Part shown: one piece after another, positions 1-9,006 of the stretch
Numbering within the stretch: the stretch's first letter is position 1
Layout: each line of letters begins with the position of its first letter
DNA from: an uncultured bacterium
Lineage (GTDB): Bacteria; CAIJMQ01
Length of the DNA: 43,725 bases
NCBI GenBank assembly: GCA_964573245.1
Contig: CAZNJA010000004.1
Location: 1-43,725, forward strand
Reading direction: 5' to 3'
Program-made: the position numbers and the translations under genes
The notes under the pieces: model-generated
Seen by the model: the letters and a program-made list of their open reading frames with translations, nothing else
Database searches by the model: none
What the model was told of the DNA's origin: nothing

Positions 1-2
1 AC

Positions 3-2504
3 ATAATAATACGATTCAAGAGAATGCAGGGCTTTGATGCATTATGGATACCAGGATGTGACCATGCGGGCATTGCTACCGAAAATGTAATAGAAAGAGA
101 CCTTGCAAAACAAAATATAAGCAAGTATCAACTTGGCAAAGATAAACTTACAAGCAAGATTTGGGATTGGAAACAGCAACAGGAAAAGAAAATAATAAAC
201 CAACTGAAGCGATTAGGGTGTTCTACTGATTGGTCAAGGTTTGCTTTTACGATGGATAAAGAGCATTCCAAAGCCGTGGAAGAAGCTTTCGCTCAATTAT
301 TTGAAACTGGATTGATATACAGGGGGAACTACATTGTTAACTGGTGCCCACGATGCAGAACAGCTCTTTCCAATGTGGAAGTGGAATATCAGGATATAGA
401 GGGCAAATTGTTTTATATAAATTATTCGTTAAAAGACGGCAAGGACCAAATAACTGTAGCTACTACAAGACCCGAAACAATGTTCGGAGATACAGCGGTT
501 GCAGTAAATCCCCAAGACAAAAGATATAAAAGATTCGTAAATAAAACGCTTATTTTGCCTTTGGCAAAAAGAGAAATTCCCGTGATATCCGACGAAAGGG
601 TATCCATGTCGTTCGGGACAGGTGCAGTTAAAGTGACTCCTGCTCATGACCCCGCAGACTTTGAGATTGGCAAGACACATAAGTTAGACGCTCCCGTGAT
701 AATGGACAAAGAAGGTAAAATGAGGCACGTTCCTGAAAAGTATGAAGGGCTTGAGCGATTTAAGTGTAGGGAAGAAGTAATCAATGACCTAAGAAAGAAA
801 GGATATTTGGTAAAGATTGCCCCTCACACCCACGCTGTTGGGCATTGCTATCGCTGCGGTGCCGTTGTAGAACCATATCTTTCCACTCAATGGTTTGTGG
901 ATGTCCAAAAACTTAAAGGATCCGCTGTCAAGGTGGTTAAAAGCGGGAAAATAAAATTTATTCCGCAAAGATGGGAAAAAGTATATCTTAATTGGATGGA
1001 TAATATGAAGGATTGGTGCATTTCCAGACAAATATGGTGGGGACACACTATTCCGGTGTCATATTGCGAAGACTGTGGCGAAATTATACTCAATAGATAT
1101 GTAACCGGACAACCCTGCAGAAAATGCGGTAGTAAAAGAATAACCAAAGAAACCGATGTGCTGGATACATGGTTTTCTTCCAGTTTATGGCCCATGTCAA
1201 CGCTTGGTTGGCCGCAAGATACTGCTGACTTAAAACATTTTTATCCTACATCAACTCTTGTCACAGGATACGAAATAATATACTTCTGGGTGGCGAGGAT
1301 GATAATGATGGGCCTTAAATTAAAAGGCGATGTCCCTTTTAGAACTGTTTATATACATCCCATAATAAGGGATAAAAAGGGGAGAAAAATGTCCAAATCG
1401 AAAGGTAATGTTGTCGACCCACTGGAATTAATAGAAAATTTCGGGACGGATGCTTTAAGAATGGCGCTCGCGCAACTTAATACAGGAGCCGGGCAGGATA
1501 TAATTTTTTCCCTTGATAGGTTTGAGGGCATGAAAAATTTCAGCAATAAAATATGGAATGCTTCCCGCTTTGCTATTGGGAATTTAGGCGAAGATTTTAA
1601 GCCCGCAGCAGACCTATATTCTCTTCCCTTGGGTTTAGATGAGAAATTTATTTTAAGAAAGGTGGAAGAACTAAATCAAAATGTCACTGAACTATTGGAA
1701 AGTTTTCAATTCAGCGAAGCTGCAGAGTCACTTTTTAAATTCTTCTGGCACGAGTTTTGTGATTGGTATATAGAGTTAATCAAATATAAATTCAGGAAAG
1801 AAAATGGCTCTTTCGGCGTGAATTCCACATTATCCGAAACCGCCGAAATCAGCAGGCAGACTTTGTTCTATATCCTGAGTAAAACACTCAGGTTATTGCA
1901 TCCTTTTATGCCTTTCATCACAGAAGAAATATGGCATAATCTCTCACAATATAGCAGCAAGCGTTCCGATAGCATTGCTGTTACGCAATGGCCAATTTCT
2001 AAAATAGAAAAAACAGAAGACCTAGTCGTCAAGGAAGCGATTTGGAAATACGAAGTTATTCAAGCAAGCAGAAACCTTAGGTCTGAATGGAATATCCCGT
2101 TTCGCGAAAAATTGAATTTTATTATAATTCCATCAGACGAAAAAGAGAGAGAAATTTTCATCAAAGAAAAAACCAGTATAATGTCGATTATAAATGCTGG
2201 AGATATTCGGATACAAAAAGAGATACCCACCCAAGAGAAGTTTTCTTCTGGGGTTACTTCGTCTGGGGCTTGTGTTTACCTTCTATTGAAGGACATTGAT
2301 TTTAAAAGAGAAAACATAAAAATAACAGAAGAATTGGCACAATTAGACAAGAAGCTTATAAGGATAGAAAAAAAATTAGCGAATCGGGATTTCATCTCAA
2401 AAGCACAGCCAATTGCTATAGAGAAATGCAAATCGGAAAGAGAAGAATTATTAAAAAAGAGAGAGAAACTACAACAGATATTAAAAACCATTGGAGGAAA
2501 GTGA
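3..2504 (+). CDS. valS: Valine--tRNA ligase, 5'-truncated by the window edge
   Basis: PGCDHAGIAT, ATTRPETMFGD, DWCISRQIWWGH, DVLDTWFSS and KMSKS motifs, plus a C-terminal coiled-coil arm. The frame is open upstream of ATG 24 (IIIRFKRMQG), so the true start lies outside the window. Confidence 0.98.
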   Translation: MIIRFKRMQGFDALWIPGCDHAGIATENVIERDLAKQNISKYQLGKDKLTSKIWDWKQQQEKKIINQLKRLGCSTDWSRFAFTMDKEHSKAVEEAFAQLFETGLIYRGNYIVNWCPRCRTALSNVEVEYQDIEGKLFYINYSLKDGKDQITVATTRPETMFGDTAVAVNPQDKRYKRFVNKTLILPLAKREIPVISDERVSMSFGTGAVKVTPAHDPADFEIGKTHKLDAPVIMDKEGKMRHVPEKYEGLERFKCREEVINDLRKKGYLVKIAPHTHAVGHCYRCGAVVEPYLSTQWFVDVQKLKGSAVKVVKSGKIKFIPQRWEKVYLNWMDNMKDWCISRQIWWGHTIPVSYCEDCGEIILNRYVTGQPCRKCGSKRITKETDVLDTWFSSSLWPMSTLGWPQDTADLKHFYPTSTLVTGYEIIYFWVARMIMMGLKLKGDVPFRTVYIHPIIRDKKGRKMSKSKGNVVDPLELIENFGTDALRMALAQLNTGAGQDIIFSLDRFEGMKNFSNKIWNASRFAIGNLGEDFKPAADLYSLPLGLDEKFILRKVEELNQNVTELLESFQFSEAAESLFKFFWHEFCDWYIELIKYKFRKENGSFGVNSTLSETAEISRQTLFYILSKTLRLLHPFMPFITEEIWHNLSQYSSKRSDSIAVTQWPISKIEKTEDLVVKEAIWKYEVIQASRNLRSEWNIPFREKLNFIIIPSDEKEREIFIKEKTSIMSIINAGDIRIQKEIPTQEKFSSGVTSSGACVYLLLKDIDFKRENIKITEELAQLDKKLIRIEKKLANRDFISKAQPIAIEKCKSEREELLKKREKLQQILKTIGGK

Positions 2505-2507
2505 AAG

Positions 2508-2807
2508 ATGGCAAAAAAAACAGAGGATAAAAAGGTTCATGTCGACAAAGTTTCTGGTAATTCCAAGGGTAAGATTGAAAACGCTTTTGAATTGATCACT
2601 TTGGCACGCAAAAGGGTAAAAGAGTTAGTTTCGGGTGCACCCAAACTAATTCAGTCAGAAATTGAAGACCCAATGCAGATAGCCTTGGAAGAAATTGCTC
2701 AAGGGAAAATAACAGTCGGTAGAAAACAAAATATTCCCGAAAAGAAAGAAGAAAAAAAGAAAAGTAGCCCCACAAAATCAACCAAAACCTTATCTCATAA
2801 GAACTAA
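2508..2807 (+). CDS. rpoZ: RNA polymerase omega subunit
   Basis: NAFELITLARKRVKEL...IALEEIAQGKI omega signature; directly upstream of coaBC as usual; GGAGG upstream. Confidence 0.88.
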   Translation: MAKKTEDKKVHVDKVSGNSKGKIENAFELITLARKRVKELVSGAPKLIQSEIEDPMQIALEEIAQGKITVGRKQNIPEKKEEKKKSSPTKSTKTLSHKN

Positions 2808-2812
2808 AAGTA

Positions 2813-4054
2813 ATGATATTCAAAGGTAAAAATTTAATACTCGGCGTAACAGGTAGTATTGCCGTTTATAAAGCGTGCCAATTGCTAAGAAAATTGCAGG
2901 AAGAAGGCGCGCAAGTTAAAGTCGTTATGACAGACAATGCTTCCAAATTCGTCACCCCTTTGACTTTTCAAACCCTTTCCGGAAACCCGGTATATCTAAA
3001 AATGTTCGATAAACTGGGCAAAAACAGCCTTAATTATTTAAATCACGAAGAGCTTGTTCATATAAAACTTTCCGAGTGGGCTGATGTGATACTTGTCGCT
3101 CCTGCTACAGCCAATATAATATCAAAAACAGCGTGTGGTATAGCCAACGATTTACTCTCTACTCTGCTTGTTTCTTTTCAAGGCCCTATAATTTTCGTTC
3201 CGGCAATGGATAACGGCATGTATAGAAATGCAATTTTTAGAGAAAATTTAAACAAATTAAAAAATAAGGATTATCATATAATTTTCCCCGATAAAGGCGT
3301 TTTAGCAAGCGGTAAAATAGGAGAAGGCAGATTCCCGCAGACAGAAAACATCATAAAACATATCAGCAATGTTTTATCCACAAGAGAAGATTTTAAAGGT
3401 GTAAGGGCTTTGATAACCGCCGGCAGCACCCGTGAATTTTTAGACCCTATCCGTTTTATCGGGAACGCTTCCTCGGGCAAGATGGGTTACGCTTTGGCTG
3501 AAGCAGCGAAGGCAAGAGGAGCGAATGTCAAATTGATTTCGGCGCCGACTCTGCTTTCCAAACCAAATGGGATCAAGATAATAGATGTCGTAACCGCAAG
3601 TCAAATGAAAGACGAAGTGATCAAAAATTTTGCTTCGACCGACATATTGATAATGTCTGCTGCAGTCGGCGATTTCAAGCCCAAAACTTCTGTAAAACAA
3701 AAAAGAAAAAGAGCGCAAGGCAAATGGCATATTGAACTTGTCCCGAATCCGGACATATTGGTGGAAGTCGCCAAATCCAAAAAAAATAAAATAACGGTCG
3801 GGTTTTCAATAGAAACGCAAGACCAAATAAAAAAAGCAAAGGAAAAATTAAAATCCAAAAAGTTAGATTTAATCGTGGCAAATGATATCAATATTGAAAA
3901 TTCAGGATTTTGCAGCGATACGAACAAAGCAGTATTAATCGACGAAAACGGCAAAACAGAAGGACTACCGCTTATTTCCAAAATAGAATTGGCAAATAAA
4001 ATTCTTGATAAAATACAAAACATCGGGAGGACAAAATGGAAAAGGGGAAAATAG
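2813..4054 (+). CDS. coaBC: Bifunctional phosphopantothenoylcysteine decarboxylase/synthetase
   Basis: LGVTGSIAVYKA, APATANII, PAMD, ITAGSTREFLDPIRFIGNASSGKMG, AAVGDF motifs. Confidence 0.97.
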   Translation: MIFKGKNLILGVTGSIAVYKACQLLRKLQEEGAQVKVVMTDNASKFVTPLTFQTLSGNPVYLKMFDKLGKNSLNYLNHEELVHIKLSEWADVILVAPATANIISKTACGIANDLLSTLLVSFQGPIIFVPAMDNGMYRNAIFRENLNKLKNKDYHIIFPDKGVLASGKIGEGRFPQTENIIKHISNVLSTREDFKGVRALITAGSTREFLDPIRFIGNASSGKMGYALAEAAKARGANVKLISAPTLLSKPNGIKIIDVVTASQMKDEVIKNFASTDILIMSAAVGDFKPKTSVKQKRKRAQGKWHIELVPNPDILVEVAKSKKNKITVGFSIETQDQIKKAKEKLKSKKLDLIVANDINIENSGFCSDTNKAVLIDENGKTEGLPLISKIELANKILDKIQNIGRTKWKRGK

Positions 4055-5073
4055 GTGTATTGACAGGCGGAGGAGATGCACCGGGCTTAAACGCAGTAAT
4101 ACGCGCTGTTGTAGTAAAAGGCGAAAAATTGGGATATGAAATAGTAGGAATAAAGGACGGGTGGCGCGGGCTTCTCGAGAGAAAAATAGAAAAAATAACA
4201 ACTGAAACAGTGGAAGATATACATCGCGAAGGCGGAACCATTCTGGGGACCTCAAGAACCAATCCCTATAAAGAAGAAGGCGGGGAACAGAAAACGATAG
4301 AAAACATAACACAACTTGGTCTTGACGCTTTAATTGTCATAGGCGGGGATGACACGCTTGGCGTTGCAAATAAATTGAGCAAAAAAAATGTCAAAGTGGT
4401 AGGAGTTCCCAAAACCATAGATAACGACCTTTCTGCCACTGATATTTGTTTCGGATTCGATACTGCAATAAACCGCGTATCTGAAGCAATAGACTCCCTT
4501 CATACAACTGCAAAATCTCATCATAGAATCTTGGTTGTTGAAGTAATGGGGCGACACGCCGGCTGGATTACTTTGGAAGGTGGCATGGCAGGCGGAGCAC
4601 ACGTAATTCTTATTCCTGAAGAACCATTTGATTTGGATGAAATCTGCAAAACAATAAACAACAGAAAAGAAAACGGAAAACTCTATAGCATAGTTGTGGT
4701 TGCCGAAGGTGCTCTACCTAAAGGAGGAGAAAAATTCTTTACTCAAACTGAAGGGACCGACGCATTCGGGCACGTAAAGTTGGGCGGAATAGCAAAAACT
4801 TTGGAAAAAGAAATCGAAAAACGAACAGGCATTGAAACCCGGTCGGTTGTTTTGGGGCATTTGCAAAGAGGCGGCTCCCCTTCGGCATTCGACAGATATT
4901 TTGCTACTCGGCTGGGACTTAAAGCAATAGATATGATCAAAAAAGGCGAATTCGGCAGAATGGCGGCTTTAAGAAAAGGAGAACTGGTATCTGTCCCCTT
5001 GGAAGAAGCCGTCGGCAAAATGAGAGTTGTCGACAAAGAACTGTTGGAAGAAGCCAAAATTTTCTTCGAATAA
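4036..5073 (+). CDS. pfkA: 6-phosphofructokinase (group III-like, PPi-type residues)
   Basis: TGGGDAPGLN, GGTILGTSR, GGDDT, PKTIDND, EVMGRHAGW, LGHLQRGG; GGGAGG SD upstream. Confidence 0.93.
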   Translation: MEKGKIGVLTGGGDAPGLNAVIRAVVVKGEKLGYEIVGIKDGWRGLLERKIEKITTETVEDIHREGGTILGTSRTNPYKEEGGEQKTIENITQLGLDALIVIGGDDTLGVANKLSKKNVKVVGVPKTIDNDLSATDICFGFDTAINRVSEAIDSLHTTAKSHHRILVVEVMGRHAGWITLEGGMAGGAHVILIPEEPFDLDEICKTINNRKENGKLYSIVVVAEGALPKGGEKFFTQTEGTDAFGHVKLGGIAKTLEKEIEKRTGIETRSVVLGHLQRGGSPSAFDRYFATRLGLKAIDMIKKGEFGRMAALRKGELVSVPLEEAVGKMRVVDKELLEEAKIFFE

Positions 5074-5118
5074 GCAAAAAACTTTTTGTTTTGCGGGGAT
5101 TGTAAAGCGTGAGAGATA

Positions 5119-6342
5119 TTATTCTTTGAAAAAGATGATATCCCCCGAGCTGTCTGGAGACAAATAGCTGTTTTGTTGTGCAAACCCATCTTTCAAATCA
5201 CTTCCTATGCTGTATATTATCCACCCCTTGCCCCTCCTTTGATAAACAAAAGGTTCTTCGCTAAAAGGGTCGTTTGGCAATAAGGGAAGATAATCTGGGA
5301 CAAGCTCTGACAATTTTGCAGGATATGCTTTGTTTTTATCATAATAATATTCCAACCCGATAATTATAAAAGTAGCATCTCGTTCAGTTTCCAATCGCCC
5401 GCATTCTATATACATATTTTTCAATATAGGCAAAAAGACCTGTCTTGCAGGATTTTGTGGCTCTCTTTCCAATATCCATTTTGTTAATCCCTCATTATAA
5501 GACAAACTGATGTATTGAATGGCATCCATATAACAAACCCTCACACTTTGTTCTACGTCTTCTTTTACATATCCGCTTTCTAAATAGCTTTCCAGAAACT
5601 CCTGCCAAGCCATATCTTCTAACAATAACGGGGAAACACCGAACTTAATATCAAAAAATTCCTTTTTCAATATTTGTCCGAAGTGTTCTTTGACATCTAT
5701 GCCCTCCTGCAGAAATCGGATATTCTCCAAAAGATGCGGATAATTCATACGTTTCGGCTGAAGGAAGACCATATTTCTGAAGTTCTTGTACCCATTGGAT
5801 TCTATCGACATGCCTATTCTTTTTAATAGCGAGTTACCTCCCGCCTCTACCATCTGCCCAAACCTTATAATGTTAAAACAAGACTGCACAGCTCCCGTAT
5901 AATCATTTTTATAAATTTGAGACTGCACTCCTAAATTCAACAGTCTTGCGAGTTCACTCCATCTTCCAATGATAAAAAGACGTTTTCTCCTCTCTTCAAT
6001 CGTATTTACGGCAGGCAAAGTAAAACGTTTTTTCTCCAATCCTTCTTGGAATTCTTTGAATGCGGGTCCGTTATCAGAAAGTAACTTCTCCAACTCTTTA
6101 TTTTCTTTTGTCCAGCCTTTATTCAATACCTCCATAATAGGATATTTAAGCGTCATATCCACAGGAATTATAAGTTCAGCAGCAGCTTTGAAATCTTCGT
6201 AAGCATCCTGCTGTGTTGCAATTGCTTGTTCATCCTTCACTATAGAAGCGCGCGGGAATCTTTCGGATTGCTTTACTCCGGTAGCAGCGCAACCGCACAA
6301 AAAAACAAAAACTGCCAAAAAGAACCAAATATTTTTTTCCAT
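5119..6342 (-). CDS. Putative lipoprotein with a GspG/pseudopilin-C-terminal-like tail
   Basis: Hydrophobic N-terminus with lipobox-like LCGC. C-terminal YP..L..LVPDYL...PNDPF....F.Y......IYSIGSD..DG resembles the T2SS GspG C-terminal motif. Start is 6342 or 6363. Confidence 0.6.
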   Translation of the reverse strand: MEKNIWFFLAVFVFLCGCAATGVKQSERFPRASIVKDEQAIATQQDAYEDFKAAAELIIPVDMTLKYPIMEVLNKGWTKENKELEKLLSDNGPAFKEFQEGLEKKRFTLPAVNTIEERRKRLFIIGRWSELARLLNLGVQSQIYKNDYTGAVQSCFNIIRFGQMVEAGGNSLLKRIGMSIESNGYKNFRNMVFLQPKRMNYPHLLENIRFLQEGIDVKEHFGQILKKEFFDIKFGVSPLLLEDMAWQEFLESYLESGYVKEDVEQSVRVCYMDAIQYISLSYNEGLTKWILEREPQNPARQVFLPILKNMYIECGRLETERDATFIIIGLEYYYDKNKAYPAKLSELVPDYLPLLPNDPFSEEPFVYQRRGKGWIIYSIGSDLKDGFAQQNSYLSPDSSGDIIFFKE

Positions 6343-6371
6343 AAGATTATCGCGAATTTTCATTTACTTAC

Positions 6372-7331
6372 TTAAATTATAGAATATTCCCCTATTTTTC
6401 TATATTTTTCGTATCTTTGACTAATAAGTTTTTCAACCGGCCATGAACAAAGTTCATTAAGCGCCTTTTTTAAAGTTGTTTTTATATTTTTTGCGGTTTC
6501 TTCTATCCCGCGATGACTTCCTCCAAGCGTTTCAGGAATTATCCCGTCAATTACTCCAAATTTTAAGAGGTCATTGCCTGTAATACCCTGCAATTCGGCC
6601 GCCACGCTTGCCTTTGATACATCTCTCCACAATATTGAACTGCAAGCTTCGGGACTGCATACATAATATACAGCATATTCCAGCATATAGATATAATTAC
6701 CAACGCTAATACCCAAAGCGCCTCCGCTTCCCCCTTCACCGATTACAACAGTTACTATGGGGACAGCCAAAGAAGCCATTCCTTTCAAATTCGTCGCTAT
6801 GGCGCACGCTTGTCCTCTTTCTTCCGCGCCTATACCTGGATACGCGCCTGGGGTGTCGATAAAAGTTATTACAGGAAAAGAAAATTTTTCAGCAAACTTC
6901 ATTAAGCGAAGTGCTTTTCTATATCCTTCGGGATTAGCCATCCCAAAATTGCGTTTTAAGTTCTCTTTTGTATCTCTTCCCTTTTGATGCCCGATTACAA
7001 CTACCGTCCTTTCATCTAAAGAAGCAATGCCTCCCACAATTGCAAGATCGTCAAAAAATGTTCTGTCTCCATGCAATTCCATGAAATCTTCCATCATAAG
7101 ATTTACATAGTCAAGGGTGTATGGGCGCTTGGGATGTCTTGCTATTTGTGTTCTTTGCCAAGCAGTTATATTTTTGAATATCTCCGTTTTTTTCTCATTA
7201 ACCTTTTTTTCTAAAAATCTTATTTCTTTCGATAAGTCAATGTCTTTATCAGAAGTAGAAGATTTTAGTTCCTGTATTCTCTTCTCCAATTCCATAATCG
7301 GTTTTTCAAATTCCAAATCTTTTGTGGGCAT
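6372..7331 (-). CDS. accA: Acetyl-CoA carboxylase carboxyltransferase alpha subunit
   Basis: LEFEKPI, ARHPKRP, GHQKGRDTKE, PEGYRKALRLM, IDTPGAYPGIGAEERGQ, GEGGSGGAL. Confidence 0.98.
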   Translation of the reverse strand: MPTKDLEFEKPIMELEKRIQELKSSTSDKDIDLSKEIRFLEKKVNEKKTEIFKNITAWQRTQIARHPKRPYTLDYVNLMMEDFMELHGDRTFFDDLAIVGGIASLDERTVVVIGHQKGRDTKENLKRNFGMANPEGYRKALRLMKFAEKFSFPVITFIDTPGAYPGIGAEERGQACAIATNLKGMASLAVPIVTVVIGEGGSGGALGISVGNYIYMLEYAVYYVCSPEACSSILWRDVSKASVAAELQGITGNDLLKFGVIDGIIPETLGGSHRGIEETAKNIKTTLKKALNELCSWPVEKLISQRYEKYRKIGEYSII

Positions 7332-7374
7332 TTGTCCCTCAATCTAAAGTAAAGAGTAGAGATATTTTTTCTTG

Positions 7375-8529
7375 CTATTTGCTACTCTCTTTCATAATTA
7401 CCTGTGTTCCAATTGTAACGATATCATAAAGTTCTTCCAAATCACTTTTTAGCATTCTAATACACCCATTACTTACATATGTGCCTATATCCGATGGCTC
7501 TACTGCTTCATGAATTCCATAACTGGTCTTCTTGCCTTCTTGCCATAAACCTATCCACCTTGCCCCTAAAAGATTTTCGGCTGAATTGGGAGGAACACTA
7601 CCCCCTGTCGAAGGATACCATGTAGGGTCTTTAATTTTTTCTCTTATCTCAAATACCCCTTGCGGAGTAGGCGTCCGTTCGGTTCCAACAGCTATCTTGT
7701 ATCTTTTAAACAACTTGTCATTGTAATTTAAAAATAAATTTTGTTCATCAACATAAACTAAGATGGAAAATCTATTAGGGGTGACTTTCAGCTTTTGATC
7801 AGGTTTTATGATATTGTTTTGTAGATTATTTGCCTGCATTAATAAAGGAATCGTCGTGTTTAGTTTCCTTGCTATTAAAAACAAATTTTCCCCCTGCTTT
7901 ACAACGTAAAACTCGCTTATAGCGCTGGCAAGAGTAGAAAATAATAACCTCACATTGATTTCACCAAGTTTGTCTATCGCCAGTTCTTTAATTTTTAAAG
8001 AATAATCAGGGTTTTTTATTATCTCTTCGCAATGCTGCTTCGCCTTATCAAATTCTTCTTTACTTATGAATATGTCCACCGGACCTAATGTTGCGTTTCC
8101 TGCTAAAGCATGAGAAGGAAATTTTTCTATGATTTGGGAATAATAAAATTGTGCTTCTTCAAAACTTTCTTCTTTTAATCTTTGTCGAGCTAAATCGTAA
8201 TATATTGTAGGATGATAGAATGGATATCTTGAATCCAAAACTTTGTTCCAATACTTTTCAGCTTTCTTCGTTTCGCCAATTTTTTGATAACACATGCCAA
8301 TTTGATAAAGAATTTCCGCCTGCGTTTCCCCTTTAGCTCTTGGATAAATATTTTTAAAAATATCCAATGCTTCTTTGTAATTTGCGTCTTTTAAAAGAGC
8401 ATGAGCTTGTTTGTATCTTATCTTATACAGTTGATTCCTTTTATTCTGGATTAATAACACACTGCCAATTGCTATAAACGCTAAGAGCGCTATTATAAGA
8501 ATGGGAGATAATAAGTTTTTGGCTTTCAT
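7375..8529 (-). CDS. Membrane-anchored TPR-LysM-L,D-transpeptidase (YkuD family)
   Basis: N-terminal TM helix, TPR-like helices (AEILYQIGMCYQKIG), LysM (YVVKQGENLFLIARK...LMQANNL...IKPDQKLKV), YkuD catalytic YGIH...SNGCIRM. Confidence 0.9.
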   Translation of the reverse strand: MKAKNLLSPILIIALLAFIAIGSVLLIQNKRNQLYKIRYKQAHALLKDANYKEALDIFKNIYPRAKGETQAEILYQIGMCYQKIGETKKAEKYWNKVLDSRYPFYHPTIYYDLARQRLKEESFEEAQFYYSQIIEKFPSHALAGNATLGPVDIFISKEEFDKAKQHCEEIIKNPDYSLKIKELAIDKLGEINVRLLFSTLASAISEFYVVKQGENLFLIARKLNTTIPLLMQANNLQNNIIKPDQKLKVTPNRFSILVYVDEQNLFLNYNDKLFKRYKIAVGTERTPTPQGVFEIREKIKDPTWYPSTGGSVPPNSAENLLGARWIGLWQEGKKTSYGIHEAVEPSDIGTYVSNGCIRMLKSDLEELYDIVTIGTQVIMKESSK

Positions 8530-8643
8530 TTAAGATATGATTTTAATACTCTTTTTAAAAGATTACACCGCTTAAGAAATTAATTCATCCGTTATAATTC
8601 CTGCCTACCTACTTCTTATTATCGGTTACGAACAGAACTACAA

Positions 8644-8961
8644 TCATTTCTCTTTAATAATTTCAAGCAACTCTTTTGCCATACGGTAAGGTTTTGACAC
8701 AATCCTAAATGGCAAAGAGGTTAAAAATGATGATATATCCTTTCTTAGTTCATCTGTAAGTCTTTCCGGTTTGGTAAAGAGTCTCTTGATAATATTGGAA
8801 GTGTAAAATTTTAATATTTTTTCCTTATCTATGCGAATCTGTGTGTTGCAAATGGTGCATTCGATTTTATGAACATAATCTCCTACGTATGTTATAACGT
8901 GTGGGGTTTCTTTCTCGCAGTGTAAACAGTAAAGGTTTGTTTTGACAATTTCCGCTTTCAA
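8644..8961 (-). CDS. Hypothetical Zn-ribbon protein
   Basis: TTG start, CLHC...H...CTIC motifs; fills the gap between co-oriented genes. Confidence 0.7.
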   Translation of the reverse strand: MKAEIVKTNLYCLHCEKETPHVITYVGDYVHKIECTICNTQIRIDKEKILKFYTSNIIKRLFTKPERLTDELRKDISSFLTSLPFRIVSKPYRMAKELLEIIKEK

Positions 8962-9006
8962 TTTTTTTATCTATCCTGCAGAGAGATTCGTATTTCTCAT
9001 CAGGAA

